From assembly GCA_963747275.1 (NCBI GenBank), contig CAVVEI010000019.1, positions 7,454-71,453 on the forward strand: DNA of 64,000 bases, given 5' to 3'. Each line of letters begins with the position of its first letter. The first letter of the stretch is position 1. Of this stretch, positions 55,363 to 64,000 are shown piece by piece. The notes under the pieces were generated by a model that did no database searches, was not told the origin of the DNA, and saw only the letters and a program-made list of their open reading frames with translations. The position numbers and the translations under genes are program-made. This stretch comes from an uncultured Actinomycetes bacterium. Its GTDB lineage: Bacteria; Actinomycetota; Thermoleophilia; RBG-16-64-13.

Positions 55363-56024
55363 CTAGACCTCGATGGTCTTCAGGTCCGGGCTGACGATCA
55401 GCTTGGGCTCGGTGAGCTTCTGCACGTCCTCGGCGGTCATGCCGGGGGCGACTTCTTTGAGCACCAGGCCCTCCTTGGTGACCTCGATGACGGCCTGATC
55501 GGTGACTGATCAGGTTGACGCACTTCTTGCCGGTGAGCGGCAGGGTGCACTCCGTGCGGAGCTTGGGCGTGCCGTCCTTGGCGTTGTGATCCATCATGAT
55601 GATCACGTGCTTGGCTCCCGCGACTATGTCGCCGGCGCCGCCCATGCCCTTGATCATCTTGCCCGGGATCATCCAGTTGGCCAGGTCGCCGAACTCCGAG
55701 ACCTCCATGGCGCCGAGCACGGTGGCGTCCAGATGGCCGCCGCGCACCATGGCGAACGAGTCGGCGTTGGAGAAGTAGCTGGTGCCCGGGCAGCTCGGTC
55801 ACGGTCTCCTTGCCGGCGTTGATGAGGTCGGGGTCTTCTTCACCCTCGTACGGATAGGGGCCCGCGCCCAGGATGCCGTTCTCGGAGTGGATGTAGATGT
55901 CCTTGCCCTCGGGCAGGTAGTTGCTCACCAGGGTGGGCATGCCTATGCCGAGGTTGATGTAGTAGCCGTCTTCGAACTCAGCCGCGACCCGCTGCGCCTG
56001 CTGTTCTTTGGTTAGTGCCATCAT
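55363..56024 (-). CDS. scoB: 3-oxoacid CoA-transferase subunit B (2 frameshifts)
   Basis: Fragments read [26 protein letters not shown] (the catalytic Glu SENG motif), [39 protein letters not shown] and [13 protein letters not shown]. The tail [13 protein letters not shown] stops at 55363-55365. Confidence 0.85.
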
Positions 56025-56064
56025 CGCCTCCTAGAGATATCTGATCGGTCGGCGCCTGGGCCCT

Positions 56065-56770
56065 TCAGGCCTTCGGCTTCGGCCGGGTGGTGACCTTCTC
56101 GATCCACTTCTCGTAGTGCTCGCCCTGGACTATGCGGTCCACATAGATGCCGGGAGTGTGGATCTCGTCCGGACCAAGCTCGCCCACTTCCACCAGATGC
56201 TCGACCTCGGCGATGCAGATCTTGCCGGCGGTGGCGCACAGGGGGTTGAAGTTGCGGGCGGTCTTGCGATAGACCAGGTTGCCCAGGCGGTCGCCCTTCC
56301 AGGCGTTCACGATGGCGAAGTCGGCGGTCAGGCCCAGCTCCATGAGGTACTCGCGGCCGTTGAACTCGCGCACTTCTTTGCCCTTGGCCAGATCGGTGCC
56401 CACGGCGCTGGGGGTGAAGAAGGCCGGTATGCCGGCGCCGCCGCAGCGGATGCGCTCGGCCAGCGTGCCCTGGGGCACACAGCTCGACCTCGAGTTGCCC
56501 GCTCAAGAACTGCTGCTCGAAGTTCTTGTTCTCGCCCACGTAGCTGGAGGTCATCTTCTTGACCTGGCCCGACTGCAGCAGGACGCCCAGTCCGTACTGG
56601 TCGGTGCCGCAGTTGTTGCTGATGATGGAGAGATTCTTGATGCCCTTCGCATGAATCGCGCGGATGAGGTTCTCTGGATTGCCACAGAGACCAAACCCAC
56701 CAGCCAGGATCGACGCCCCGTCTTCGATATCGAAGATCGCAGCCTCGGCACTCGGGAACACTTTGTTCAT
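56065..56770 (-). CDS. scoA: 3-oxoacid CoA-transferase subunit A (1 frameshift)
   Basis: [36 protein letters not shown] and ISNNCG are in ORF 56021..56917. [22 protein letters not shown] and [22 protein letters not shown] are in ORF 56065..56478. Confidence 0.85.
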
Positions 56771-56952
56771 CGCGTGTCGCCTCCAGGGGACAGTTGCAGC
56801 TCGGCGGTCATATCTGGTACGAGAATACCATGTGACGAAGCCGAAATCGGACCCGTCCGCCGCGCCAGTCGCGCACCTGGGGCTTGTATTCCCCGCCCCT
56901 GGGCCATAACCTGGCACAGATTCATACTGTCCTATACTTGTCTTCTTAACAT

Positions 56953-57930
56953 ATGCCAGACTGTTACTACACCTGCAATCTCCTGCCCCTGGACCTGGTG
57001 GCCGAGCCGGCTACTCGCCGCGCTGGCTGGGCAACCACCTTCGCGACCCGGGAGCCCCGGCCCGCCGCGACGCCCTCAGCGTGCACCCCATGACCTGCCC
57101 GTACGTCACCAAGCTGGTCGCGGCTGCCGAAGAGGTGCTTGCAACAGCGACCAGGCCGGACGAGCACGGCCGACTGCATCTGGTGGTACCTGGAGGCTGC
57201 GACGCCATGCGCCGCATGGGCGACCTGCTCGCCGCCACCTACCCGGGCAGGGTCTTCGTGCTGCACGATGCCCCGCACTTCGGGTCCCGAGCGTCACCGC
57301 CCGACTCGCCGCCGACCTTGCGCGCTTCGACGGCTGGCTGCGAGACCGCCTGCCCGGCGGCGCGGCAACCCGGCGGCGCGCGGCGCCGGCCCGCCGCAAC
57401 CCCCCACGCTCGACTACGCCAGCCCGCCGCGCCCTGGCGGAGTGTTCGTGGTCAGCGGACCTCTCAGCAACGACTCTCTGCTGGGCCTCATAGACAGGTT
57501 GGGCGCTCACGTGTCGGGCCTGGAGTCCTGCACTTCGCCCGACCGCTGGAAGCCGCTGGCTCCGACGAGGCACGGTCGGCGCGGCAGAACGGCGCACGAC
57601 TACGAGGCCCTTGCGCCCGGGTGCTCGCGGCCGGCATGTGCCCGCGGCGCTCGACGGCCGACCGCCGCGCCTACCTGGAACGCCGCCTCGACGAGACGAA
57701 GCCCATCCTCCATCATCTACGCCCGCCAGAGCTTCTGCGACCCAGGCGCCTACGACGCTCTGCTGGTCGCCACCTGGCCCGCGAGCGCGATCTACCCTAT
57801 CTGGAGATCGAGGTCGACTTTCCCTTCGACGCCAACGGACCCTTGCGCGTCAGAGTGGAGGCCTTCCTGGAGGCTCAACTCATGGACGACGACCTGCTGA
57901 ACGACGACGACTCTGTTCGAGGAGGTCTGA
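56953..57930 (+). CDS. 2-hydroxyacyl-CoA dehydratase / BcrC-BadD-HgdB family subunit (many frameshifts)
   Basis: The ATG at 56953 opens MPDCYYTCNLLPLDLVAE. Later fragments read VVPGGCDAMRRMGDLL, IIYARQSFCDPGAYDALLV and LPYLEIEVDFPFDANGPLRVRVEAFLE. The stop is taken as the TGA at 57928-57930 in a shifted frame. Confidence 0.6.
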
Positions 57931-57935
57931 CAGCC

Positions 57936-59182
57936 ATGCCCGCCCTCAGCGACGCCACCGGCGACTCCCTCAGCGCCTCGCTCATTCGCACGGCGCTTCC
58001 TGGCCCGCACGCGGCTACCAAGCGCTGCACGAGCGCACCGCCCGCGCTACATGTACCTGCACGCGCTCACGGCCTCGCTCGATCTCTTCAAGCCCGGCGC
58101 GATCGTCCCCTGGGTGTCGTACCTGTTCCCCACGGAGCTCCTCGCCTCGTACGGCATCACCCCCATGATCCCCGAGATCGGCGCCGCCACCCTCACCGGC
58201 ACCGAGGCGCGCGAGCCCCTGGAGGCCGCGGCCGCCCGCATGCCCCTGGCCCGCGACGTGTGCAGCTACCACCGCATCGCCCTGGCCGCGGTGGAGAACG
58301 GTATGCATGCCGCGCCCCCGACATGTGTCTGGGCACCACCCCGCTCTGCCTGGGCAAGGAGTGCCTGCTCGAGATGCTGGCCGTACGCCACGGCGTGCCC
58401 TTCCGCGAGATCGACGTGCCCCTGCCCCCCGACGAAGGCGAGGCCTCGCCAGAGGTGGTCGCCGATGTCGCCGAGCAGTTGCGCGCAGCTTCACGAGGAC
58501 ATCGGCCGCTGGACCGGACGCAAGCCCGACCTGCGCAAGGGCCGTCGAGCTCTCCAACCGGGCCTCGGTGGCCTGGGGCCACATCATGTCCGAGCGCCTG
58601 GCCGGACGGCTGGAGATGGACGGCCGCGAGACCTTCGCCATGGTCTTCTTGGGACAGATCCTCTGGGGCACCCGGCACGGCGCCAGGGACTTCGAGCGGC
58701 TGCTCACCGAGCACGGCCGCAGCGACCTGATGGCCACCCCCAGCGCCAGACGGCCGCCCGCTCAAGAAGCTGCTCTGGCTGCACACCTTCCCGCATCACG
58801 ACTCAGGCATCATCGACCTGATACGCGCGAAGGGCGCCATGGTGCTCTTCGAGGAGATGGGCCAGATGCACCCGGAGACCATCGACCCCGACGATCCCTT
58901 CCCCGGCCTGGCCAGGCGTCTCACCGACAACGTCATGTGGGGCAGCTCCAGCAGGCGGGCCCGGCTCGATCTGGCGCTGGCCAAGCAGCTCGGGTCGATG
59001 GGGTGGTGCACTTCAACCACTGGGGCTGCCGCCACGGCCTCGGCTCGGTGCCGGTGCTGCGCGCCGCCTTCATGAAGGCGGGCATCCCCTTCTTGGCCAT
59101 CGACGGCGACGCTCTCGCCCGCGGGGGTCCGCAACAGGACAAGTCCCGCCAGGCCATGGAGAGCTTCCTGGAGCTGCTGTGA
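57936..59182 (+). CDS. 2-hydroxyacyl-CoA dehydratase family subunit, second copy (many frameshifts)
   Basis: An AGGAGG precedes the ATG at 57936. Fragments read VPWVSYLFPTELLASYGITPMIPE, ARDVCSYHR, TTPLCLGKECLLEMLAVRHGVPFREIDVP and DGVVHFNHWGCRHGLGSVPVLRAAFMKAGIPFLAIDGD. Confidence 0.6.
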
Positions 59183-59220
59183 GCCGCGAGCAGCGCACCG
59201 TCGCAGGTCGATGATGAGCC

Positions 59221-59530
59221 ATGTACTGCCGCGATCACCACGCGCCCGCTGCCCGCTCGTCGAGCGTGACCACCCTGGGCGGCGACCGTCTCTGCCCCGA
59301 CTGCGCCGCTCTGCTCGACTACGCGAACCGCCGCATAGACGCGTGCCGCTTCGGCGACGCGAAGCCCACCTGCGCCCGCTGCACCGTGCACTGCTTCCGC
59401 GCGACCGAGCGCGAGGCCATCACGACCGTGATGCGCTACTCCGGGCCGCGGATGGTGCTGCGCCACCCCTACCTGGCGGTGCGGCACCTGCTCGACCGGC
59501 ACCACACACCGCAAGACCGCCGCCTAGCGC
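59221..59530 (+). CDS. nitrous-oxide-stimulated-promoter (YgbA-like) family protein; 3' end uncertain
   Basis: Reads LCPDCAALLDYANRRIDACRFGDAKPTCARCTVHCFRATEREAITTVMRYSGPRMVLRHPYLAVRHL. The listed 310-aa ORF then continues out of frame over the next gene. Confidence 0.55.
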
Positions 59531-59563
59531 GGCCCACCACACCGAGAGAGAGGACGATTCACC

Positions 59564-60005
59564 ATGAGCGTAGCCGAGGCCATCAAGACCTACCTGGCCA
59601 ACGAGGCGGGCGCCCAAGTGAGCGCCAAGGGCCAGGGCGGCGAAGCCAAGCTGGTGGTGGCCGAGCAGAAGTCCGATGCTCTCCAAGAAGAAGGTCGAGT
59701 ACTCGGCCAAGTTCAAGGTCGACGACGGCGAGCGCGTGGTGCGCTTCTTTGAGATGCTCAAGGAGTCGGGGTCCGGCATGTCCGGCGGTGACTCCGGCGA
59801 CTTCGGCGGCGGCTGGGGCGTCTCCAAGACCACCTACAAGACCGGCACCGGCGGCATCGAGGGCACCCTCGAGGCCCAGGGCGCGCTCTTGGGCAAGAAG
59901 TTCGCCTTCACCTTCGACTACGGCAGATCCGGAACGCGGTCAAGGCCATCGCCGAGCAGAACGGCTACCGCTTCGAGTATCAGGTGACGCCCAAAGGGGT
60001 TTTAG
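59564..60005 (+). CDS. small hypothetical protein (2 frameshifts; end approximate)
   Basis: MSVAEAIKTYLANEAG joins KKVEYSAKFKVDDGERVVRFFEMLKESG and GTLEAQGALLGKKFAFTFDYG, then IRNAVKAIAEQNGYRFEYQVTPKG in a third frame. No family recognised. Confidence 0.35.
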
Positions 60006-60158
60006 GGCTCACACCTTGTCCTTCAGAAACGCACGGACCCGCTCCCCCGAGCACACAGCGACCGCCGGCCGTGCCGTCCAGGCAGACGCCGCACCCCGAA
60101 ACGCCGCACATCGGCTAAAGTGCGCACGGCCCTTCTTCGATACAAGTATCTGAAACCC

Positions 60159-61627
60159 ATGAAGGAGCACATGCCGATAGTGAGCGTCTTACGCAGGATA
60201 TCCGTGTGGCTGGGCCTCGCCGGTGGTGCGGCAGGCTTGGCTGTGCACGCCTACCTGCTGGCCGGCGTGCTGGCTCAGTCCGACGCCTCATCAGAAGAGG
60301 TCAAGCGTTGGCCGTTGGAGTGGCCTTGGGGGCGGCCGGCATCGCCGCCGCCTTGGCGCTTGTCGCTTCGCGCCCCGTAGGCATGACTTTCTCTGTTCTC
60401 ACTCGCAGTACTCGGCCTGTTCCCCAACCTGCTGACCTGGGCGCCCGCGCGGCGCTGATGATTCTCGCCGGCATCGCCGGCCTCATCGATCTGCGGCGCG
60501 CGGCGTCACCGCGCCCCTCCGGGGTCAAGCCCGCGGCCGGCATCGCGCCCCAGGCGGCGCCCACACCATCGACCGTCGCCGCCGTCACTTACGCAGCCCC
60601 TGACGGCTACCTCTCTGCACTGGTCGGTGATCCCTCGCTATGCGCGCACTGCGCTGCCAGCCAAGAGCGGCTCGGCGCCCGTCTTGGTCTCGCCGTTCGT
60701 GCCAGAGTCCGCCGCGCTGCCTGGCGACGCCCCGCAGGTGGCGGCAGCGCCCGAACGCGTCTCGTGGAGCATGAGGAGCCGCGCCTTGGTCGCCGTCACG
60801 GTCGTAGCGGCGGCGCTGGTGGTCGTGCCCTTCTCTGTGTGGCCACAGGAAACGGTCGCCGCCGCAGCAGTCCTGGGCGGACTCGACCACTCCGGCCGCT
60901 GCCAGCGACCGTGACCGCCGTGGCCGGTCACCCGTGGTGCACCAGCCCGACCGCGTCGACCACCACCCTGGTGACCACTTTGTCCGAGGTCGGCCCTACC
61001 GGCACCAGCAGTCCGACCACCTTCGTGCTCTACTCCGACGTCCGCTTCGGCCTGACCATCTCCATGCCCGCGGACTGGGCAGAACTGCCCGCCAGCAGTC
61101 TGGCCGATTACCGCGCCGACGACTACCATCTGGCCGCCTTCGCCGACGTGAGTGGCCCCACTCGCCAGGATGCATACCTCAACGGCCTGACCGTCAAGGT
61201 ACTGGCGGGTTCCCAGACCGAGGACCCACCGCAGGAACTCGTACGACAAACCCTGCAGCAGTTCTTGGACCGAGGTCCATCGGCATACGACTACTTCAAG
61301 GTAGTCAAGCCCATTCGCGAGACCAAGGTCGGAGGGGTCGACGCCCTCGTCGCTACAGTGCGCATAACCTGGAACGAGCGGGTCATGGTCAAGTCGGTGT
61401 ACACCTGCATCGCCAACCATTGCCTCTATCGCGTCGACCTACAGACCGACGACGCCGACTGGACCGGCTACCAGCCCCTCTTCGAACAGATATCTGGCGT
61501 CATTCACATGGGCGACCAACGGTGCCTCGCTCTAATACGCGCGCACTACAGGATTAGAGCAAACGTGCAAGAATTCGTAATGAAACAACCTATCCTGGTG
61601 CCATCATCGCGGGGAAGGAGCACCTGA
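60159..61627 (+). CDS. hypothetical membrane protein with a C-terminal globular domain (frameshifted)
   Basis: N-terminal TM stretches are ISVWLGLAGGAAGLAVHAYLLAGVL and GVALGAAGIAAALALVA. The well-formed C-terminal ~190 aa include FGLTISMPADWAELP and VKSVYTCIANHCLYRVDLQ. No family recognised. Confidence 0.4.
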
Positions 61628-61632
61628 ATCAT

Positions 61633-62398
61633 ATGACCGAGACCGACCGTACCTTGGCCGTCTTCATAGACTTCGAGAACCTGGCCATAGGCTTCAAGAA
61701 TCGTCGGGGCGAGTTCGACATCGACAAGATCCTCGAGCGCCTGGTCGAGAAGGGCAAGGTCATCGTCAAGAAGGCCTACGCCGACTTTGGCGAGTACAAG
61801 CAGTACACCAAGCCGCTACACGAGCACGCCGTCGAGCTCATCAACATCCCGCGGCGCTCGATGACCGGCAAGAACTCCGCCGACATCCGCCTGGCCGTGG
61901 ACGCCATGGACCTGGCCTGGAGCAAGCAGCACGTGGACACCTTCGTCATCGTGTCCGGCGACTCGGACTTCTCGCCGCTGGTGTCGAAGCTCAAGGAGAA
62001 CGGCAAGCACGTCATAGGCGTGGGCATGAAGGAGTCGACCTCCAACCTCCTGGCCGACAACTGCGACGAGTTCATCTTCTACGAAGACCTGGAGAAGCAG
62101 GCCGCCCGGCCGGTCGCGCCCAGCCCGAAGGCTCAGGACATCCCCGAGGACAAGAGAGAGGTCTTCGACCTGCTGTACGAGTCCATCGCCGCGCTCATAC
62201 GCGAGAACAAAGACCCCATCTTCGCCTCCATGGTCAAGGACACCATGCAGCGCAAGACGCCCCTCGTTCAACGAGTCGGCCTTTGGCTACCGCAGCTTCA
62301 GCGCCCTACTGGTCGACGCCGAGAAGCGGCAGCTCATCACGCTCCACCGGGAGAAGAAGGCCGGCGGCACCTACGTGGTCGAAGGGTTCGTCGAATAG
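61633..62398 (+). CDS. NYN-domain (LabA/DUF88) protein with C-terminal OST-HTH/LOTUS domain (one frameshift ~62250)
   Basis: The NYN core reads LAVFIDFENL and TFVIVSGDSDFSPLVSKLKENGKHVIGVG. The LOTUS-like tail, in a shifted frame, reads FGYRSFSALLVDAEKRQLITLHREKKAGGTYVVEGFVE and stops at 62396-62398. Confidence 0.75.
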
Positions 62399-62522
62399 GG
62401 GCCACTCTCGCTCTGCAAGGCCAGGGGGCACACTGCCTCTGGTCCGCCCACGTTCGAGTACTCTCGACCACTCCGCACAGGCAGTGGGCCCCCTGGCTCA
62501 GAGTCGGGTGGCCCCTATTCGA
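62391..62522. repeat. long imperfect inverted repeat (~132 nt hairpin) overlapping the NYN gene stop codon
   Basis: The left arm is tcgaataggggccac...gccagggggcAcactgcct (62391-62438). The right arm is aggcagtgGgccccctggc...gtggcccctattcga (62480-62522). Paired blocks of 15, 5, 10 and 8 bp are separated by internal loops, and the apex is the palindrome gagtactc. Confidence 0.75.
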
Positions 62523-62640
62523 CAGCCCTCAATGTCGGGCGACCGGCACGGCTTGCGACCCCTCTTTGCCAGAGCACCTCATGGCCCTTTGAGAGGAGTC
62601 GCCGGCAAGCGCTGCCGGTGCAAAGGGCTGTGAGGCGCGC

Positions 62641-63105
62641 CTACTGGACGCGATCTAGGGTCACAGGTCCGCCCACGTCAGGGTTGACCATGGTCAGGAC
62701 GTCCCCGTCGATGGAGTAGGGCGAGGTCTGCTCGAACCCTGCCGGGCCGTAGATAACGTTTGCTCCCTGCACCTTGTACGTGAACTCTATCGGGGCCGTT
62801 GCCCCATCGGCGGCAGTGACGATCATCTTGCCGTCGGCCGTGAACTCAAGAGTCTCGCCGGTCTGCGTGCTGTGCCACTTGCCCACCAGAGCCTCGTCGA
62901 TTGCGGCAACCGCCTCCGACGTGACAGTCTCTCCGGCAGTCGTGTCCGCGCCCTGCGCAGCAGTGCTCGTGACTTCGCTCGTGGTTCCGGTCGTGTTGTC
63001 CCCTCCGCAAGCGACAAGCCCCAGCACCGCGACGAGACATAGTGCCGCTGTCAGGAGAACAGTCCCCGCCACCCTACTAGGTGAGCCCCTAAGTGAGTCA
63101 GACAC
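62641..63105 (-). CDS. lipoprotein, DUF5640/lipocalin-like paralog 1
   Basis: A GTG start at 63103-63105 follows GGGAGG. Has the lipobox VLGLVACGG, a Thr-rich linker, and GKWHSTQTGETLEFTADGKMIV, YKVQGANVIY, YSIDGDVLTM. Confidence 0.6.
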   Translation of the reverse strand: MSDSLRGSPSRVAGTVLLTAALCLVAVLGLVACGGDNTTGTTSEVTSTAAQGADTTAGETVTSEAVAAIDEALVGKWHSTQTGETLEFTADGKMIVTAADGATAPIEFTYKVQGANVIYGPAGFEQTSPYSIDGDVLTMVNPDVGGPVTLDRVQ

Positions 63106-63304
63106 CTTCGAACCTCCCGGGCCCGTGCATCGAACCCCGTCACAATTTGTGAAGCCACCTACGCCTTGCGCTGGGGCTCCACCATCGTGGCGTAATGTAC
63201 CCAGAACCCTACACGGCCAACCAGCCACGGCATCGGCAGCGGTATCTCGGCCCGGGGCGCCTCCAGACTCGCGCGCCCTACTTGGCGCAGACGACCTCCC
63301 TGGC

Positions 63305-63743
63305 CTACTCCGCCAAGCGGGTGTATTCGACCATGGCGCCCTGCTCGGGATCGAACAGAGACAACTTGTCACCATCGACCGTGTACGCGGCGGGGACCTC
63401 CATGGTCCCGTCACTGACTACGATCTCACTGCCGTCCGAGGTGTACGACAGCTCGTAGGACCCTTCATCGGTCTCGCTGCTGACGCGCATGATGCCCTCA
63501 GCTGTAAATTCGAGGGTCTCGCCTGTCGCTTCGCTGAACCACTTGCCCAATAGGGCCTCATCGATGGCTTCGGCCGCCACAGACGTGACCGTCTCTTCGA
63601 CCGTGGTCTCGACGCTCTCGGGCGTCGTCTCGGTGGCTCCGAAGGTCGTCTCAGTGGCCTCGTCGCCACCACACGCGGTGAGCGCCCGCAACCATAGCCA
63701 AACCCAGGCCGACGGTGATCGCCACTATGCCGGCTGCTCTCAT
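63305..63743 (-). CDS. lipoprotein, paralog 2 (one frameshift in the signal peptide region)
   Basis: MRAAGIVAITVGLGLAMVAGA leads to LTACGG, then GKWFSEATGETLEFTAEGIMRV and YTVDGDKLSLF. It is collinear with paralog 1. Confidence 0.6.
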
Positions 63744-63789
63744 GACAGATCTTGATGGATCAGGCACTCTCTAACCTCCCGACCGGTAG

Positions 63790-64000
63790 CTACTTCACAC
63801 GTCGCATGGTCTCGACTTCGCTGGGGTTCTCTAGATTCGTCAGCTTGAGGCTGTCACCCTCGATCGCGAACTTGGCTTTCATGAAGTCGGTCCCCAAACC
63901 GGTGACAGTCAACCTGTCGCCTTCGACCTTGTAGGTTATGTCGACCCCGGCCAGCTCTTCGTCCTCGAAGAGCACCTTGCCATCAGATGTGAACTCCGTG
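63790..64000 (-). CDS. lipoprotein paralog 3, 5' end beyond the window
   Basis: Reads TEFTSDGKVLFEDEELAGVDITYKVEGDRLTVTGLG, AIEGDSLKLTNLENPSEVETMRRVK, the same module as the two upstream genes. Confidence 0.5.
   Translation of the reverse strand, partial: TEFTSDGKVLFEDEELAGVDITYKVEGDRLTVTGLGTDFMKAKFAIEGDSLKLTNLENPSEVETMRRVK

Noticed and set aside
56279-58737. ORFs 56279..57493 (404 aa), 57081..58730 (549 aa) and 58015..58737 (240 aa) as single proteins
   Set aside because: They are composites. They contain short in-frame stretches of dehydratase sequence but mostly out-of-frame or antisense Arg/Pro/Ala-rich readthrough in high-GC DNA. The real genes are reconstructed across several frames.
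59221-60153. 310-aa ORF read as one protein
   Set aside because: Only the first ~100 residues match the YgbA-like Cys-rich family. The rest is a basic, low-complexity reading of the next gene in the wrong frame.

Overview
The window looks like a three-part mosaic, not one continuous genomic stretch. All calls rest on motifs read by eye from the ORF track and DNA; nothing was searched, and GC values and taxonomic impressions are visual estimates.

**(A) 1 to ~4.1 kb, GC about 70% outside the repeats.**
- A 34-repeat CRISPR array runs off the left edge. The repeat is 37 nt and the spacers are unusually long (39-51 nt).
- A putative leader, a small membrane-anchored ORF and a decayed cas6 (frameshifted, 5'-truncated) sit on the minus strand.
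- No effector or adaptation genes are present.

**(B) ~4.1 to 26.5 kb, mid-50s % GC, FCB-group-like gene content.**
- Genes: M14 peptidase remnant, GT4 glycosyltransferase, citrate synthase, tricorn protease, ppk1, an esterase, a STAS protein, an adenylate-cyclase/AAA/TPR protein, VanX-type dipeptidase, RNA methyltransferase, a nucleotidyltransferase pair, a response regulator, an LTD-domain secreted protein, DUF1207, a GNAT, a fatty-acid hydroxylase and a phosphate butyryltransferase remnant.
- Most of these genes are broken by single-base frameshifts.

**(C) 26.5 to 64 kb, ~62-65% GC, anaerobic Actinomycetota/Chloroflexota-like.**
- Genes: multi-PAS protein (3'-truncated), leuB-leuD-leuC, two tandem sanA genes, a peptidoglycan glucosaminidase, an MFS transporter, a C11 clostripain-like protease plus a paralog of its C-terminal module, a LigD phosphoesterase domain, cysK, metY, a HAD hydrolase, DUF362-ferredoxin, an FNR-like reductase, a pabB-pabC fusion and leuA.
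- It also holds a frameshift-riddled CoA-transferase / 2-hydroxyacyl-CoA-dehydratase-like cluster, a NYN-LOTUS protein and tandem lipoprotein paralogs.

**Junctions and main findings.**
- Both junctions (~4.06-4.13 kb and ~26.52 kb) cut genes mid-domain. They most likely reflect concatenated contigs or a chimeric assembly.
- The most interesting observations are the atypical CRISPR array, including a dimorphic terminal repeat base, and a Leu-codon-rich leader peptide/attenuator candidate upstream of leuA.
- Others are the paralogous module next to the C11 protease and a ~130-nt imperfect hairpin after the NYN gene.
- I recognised no rRNA, tRNA, transposase or integrase.
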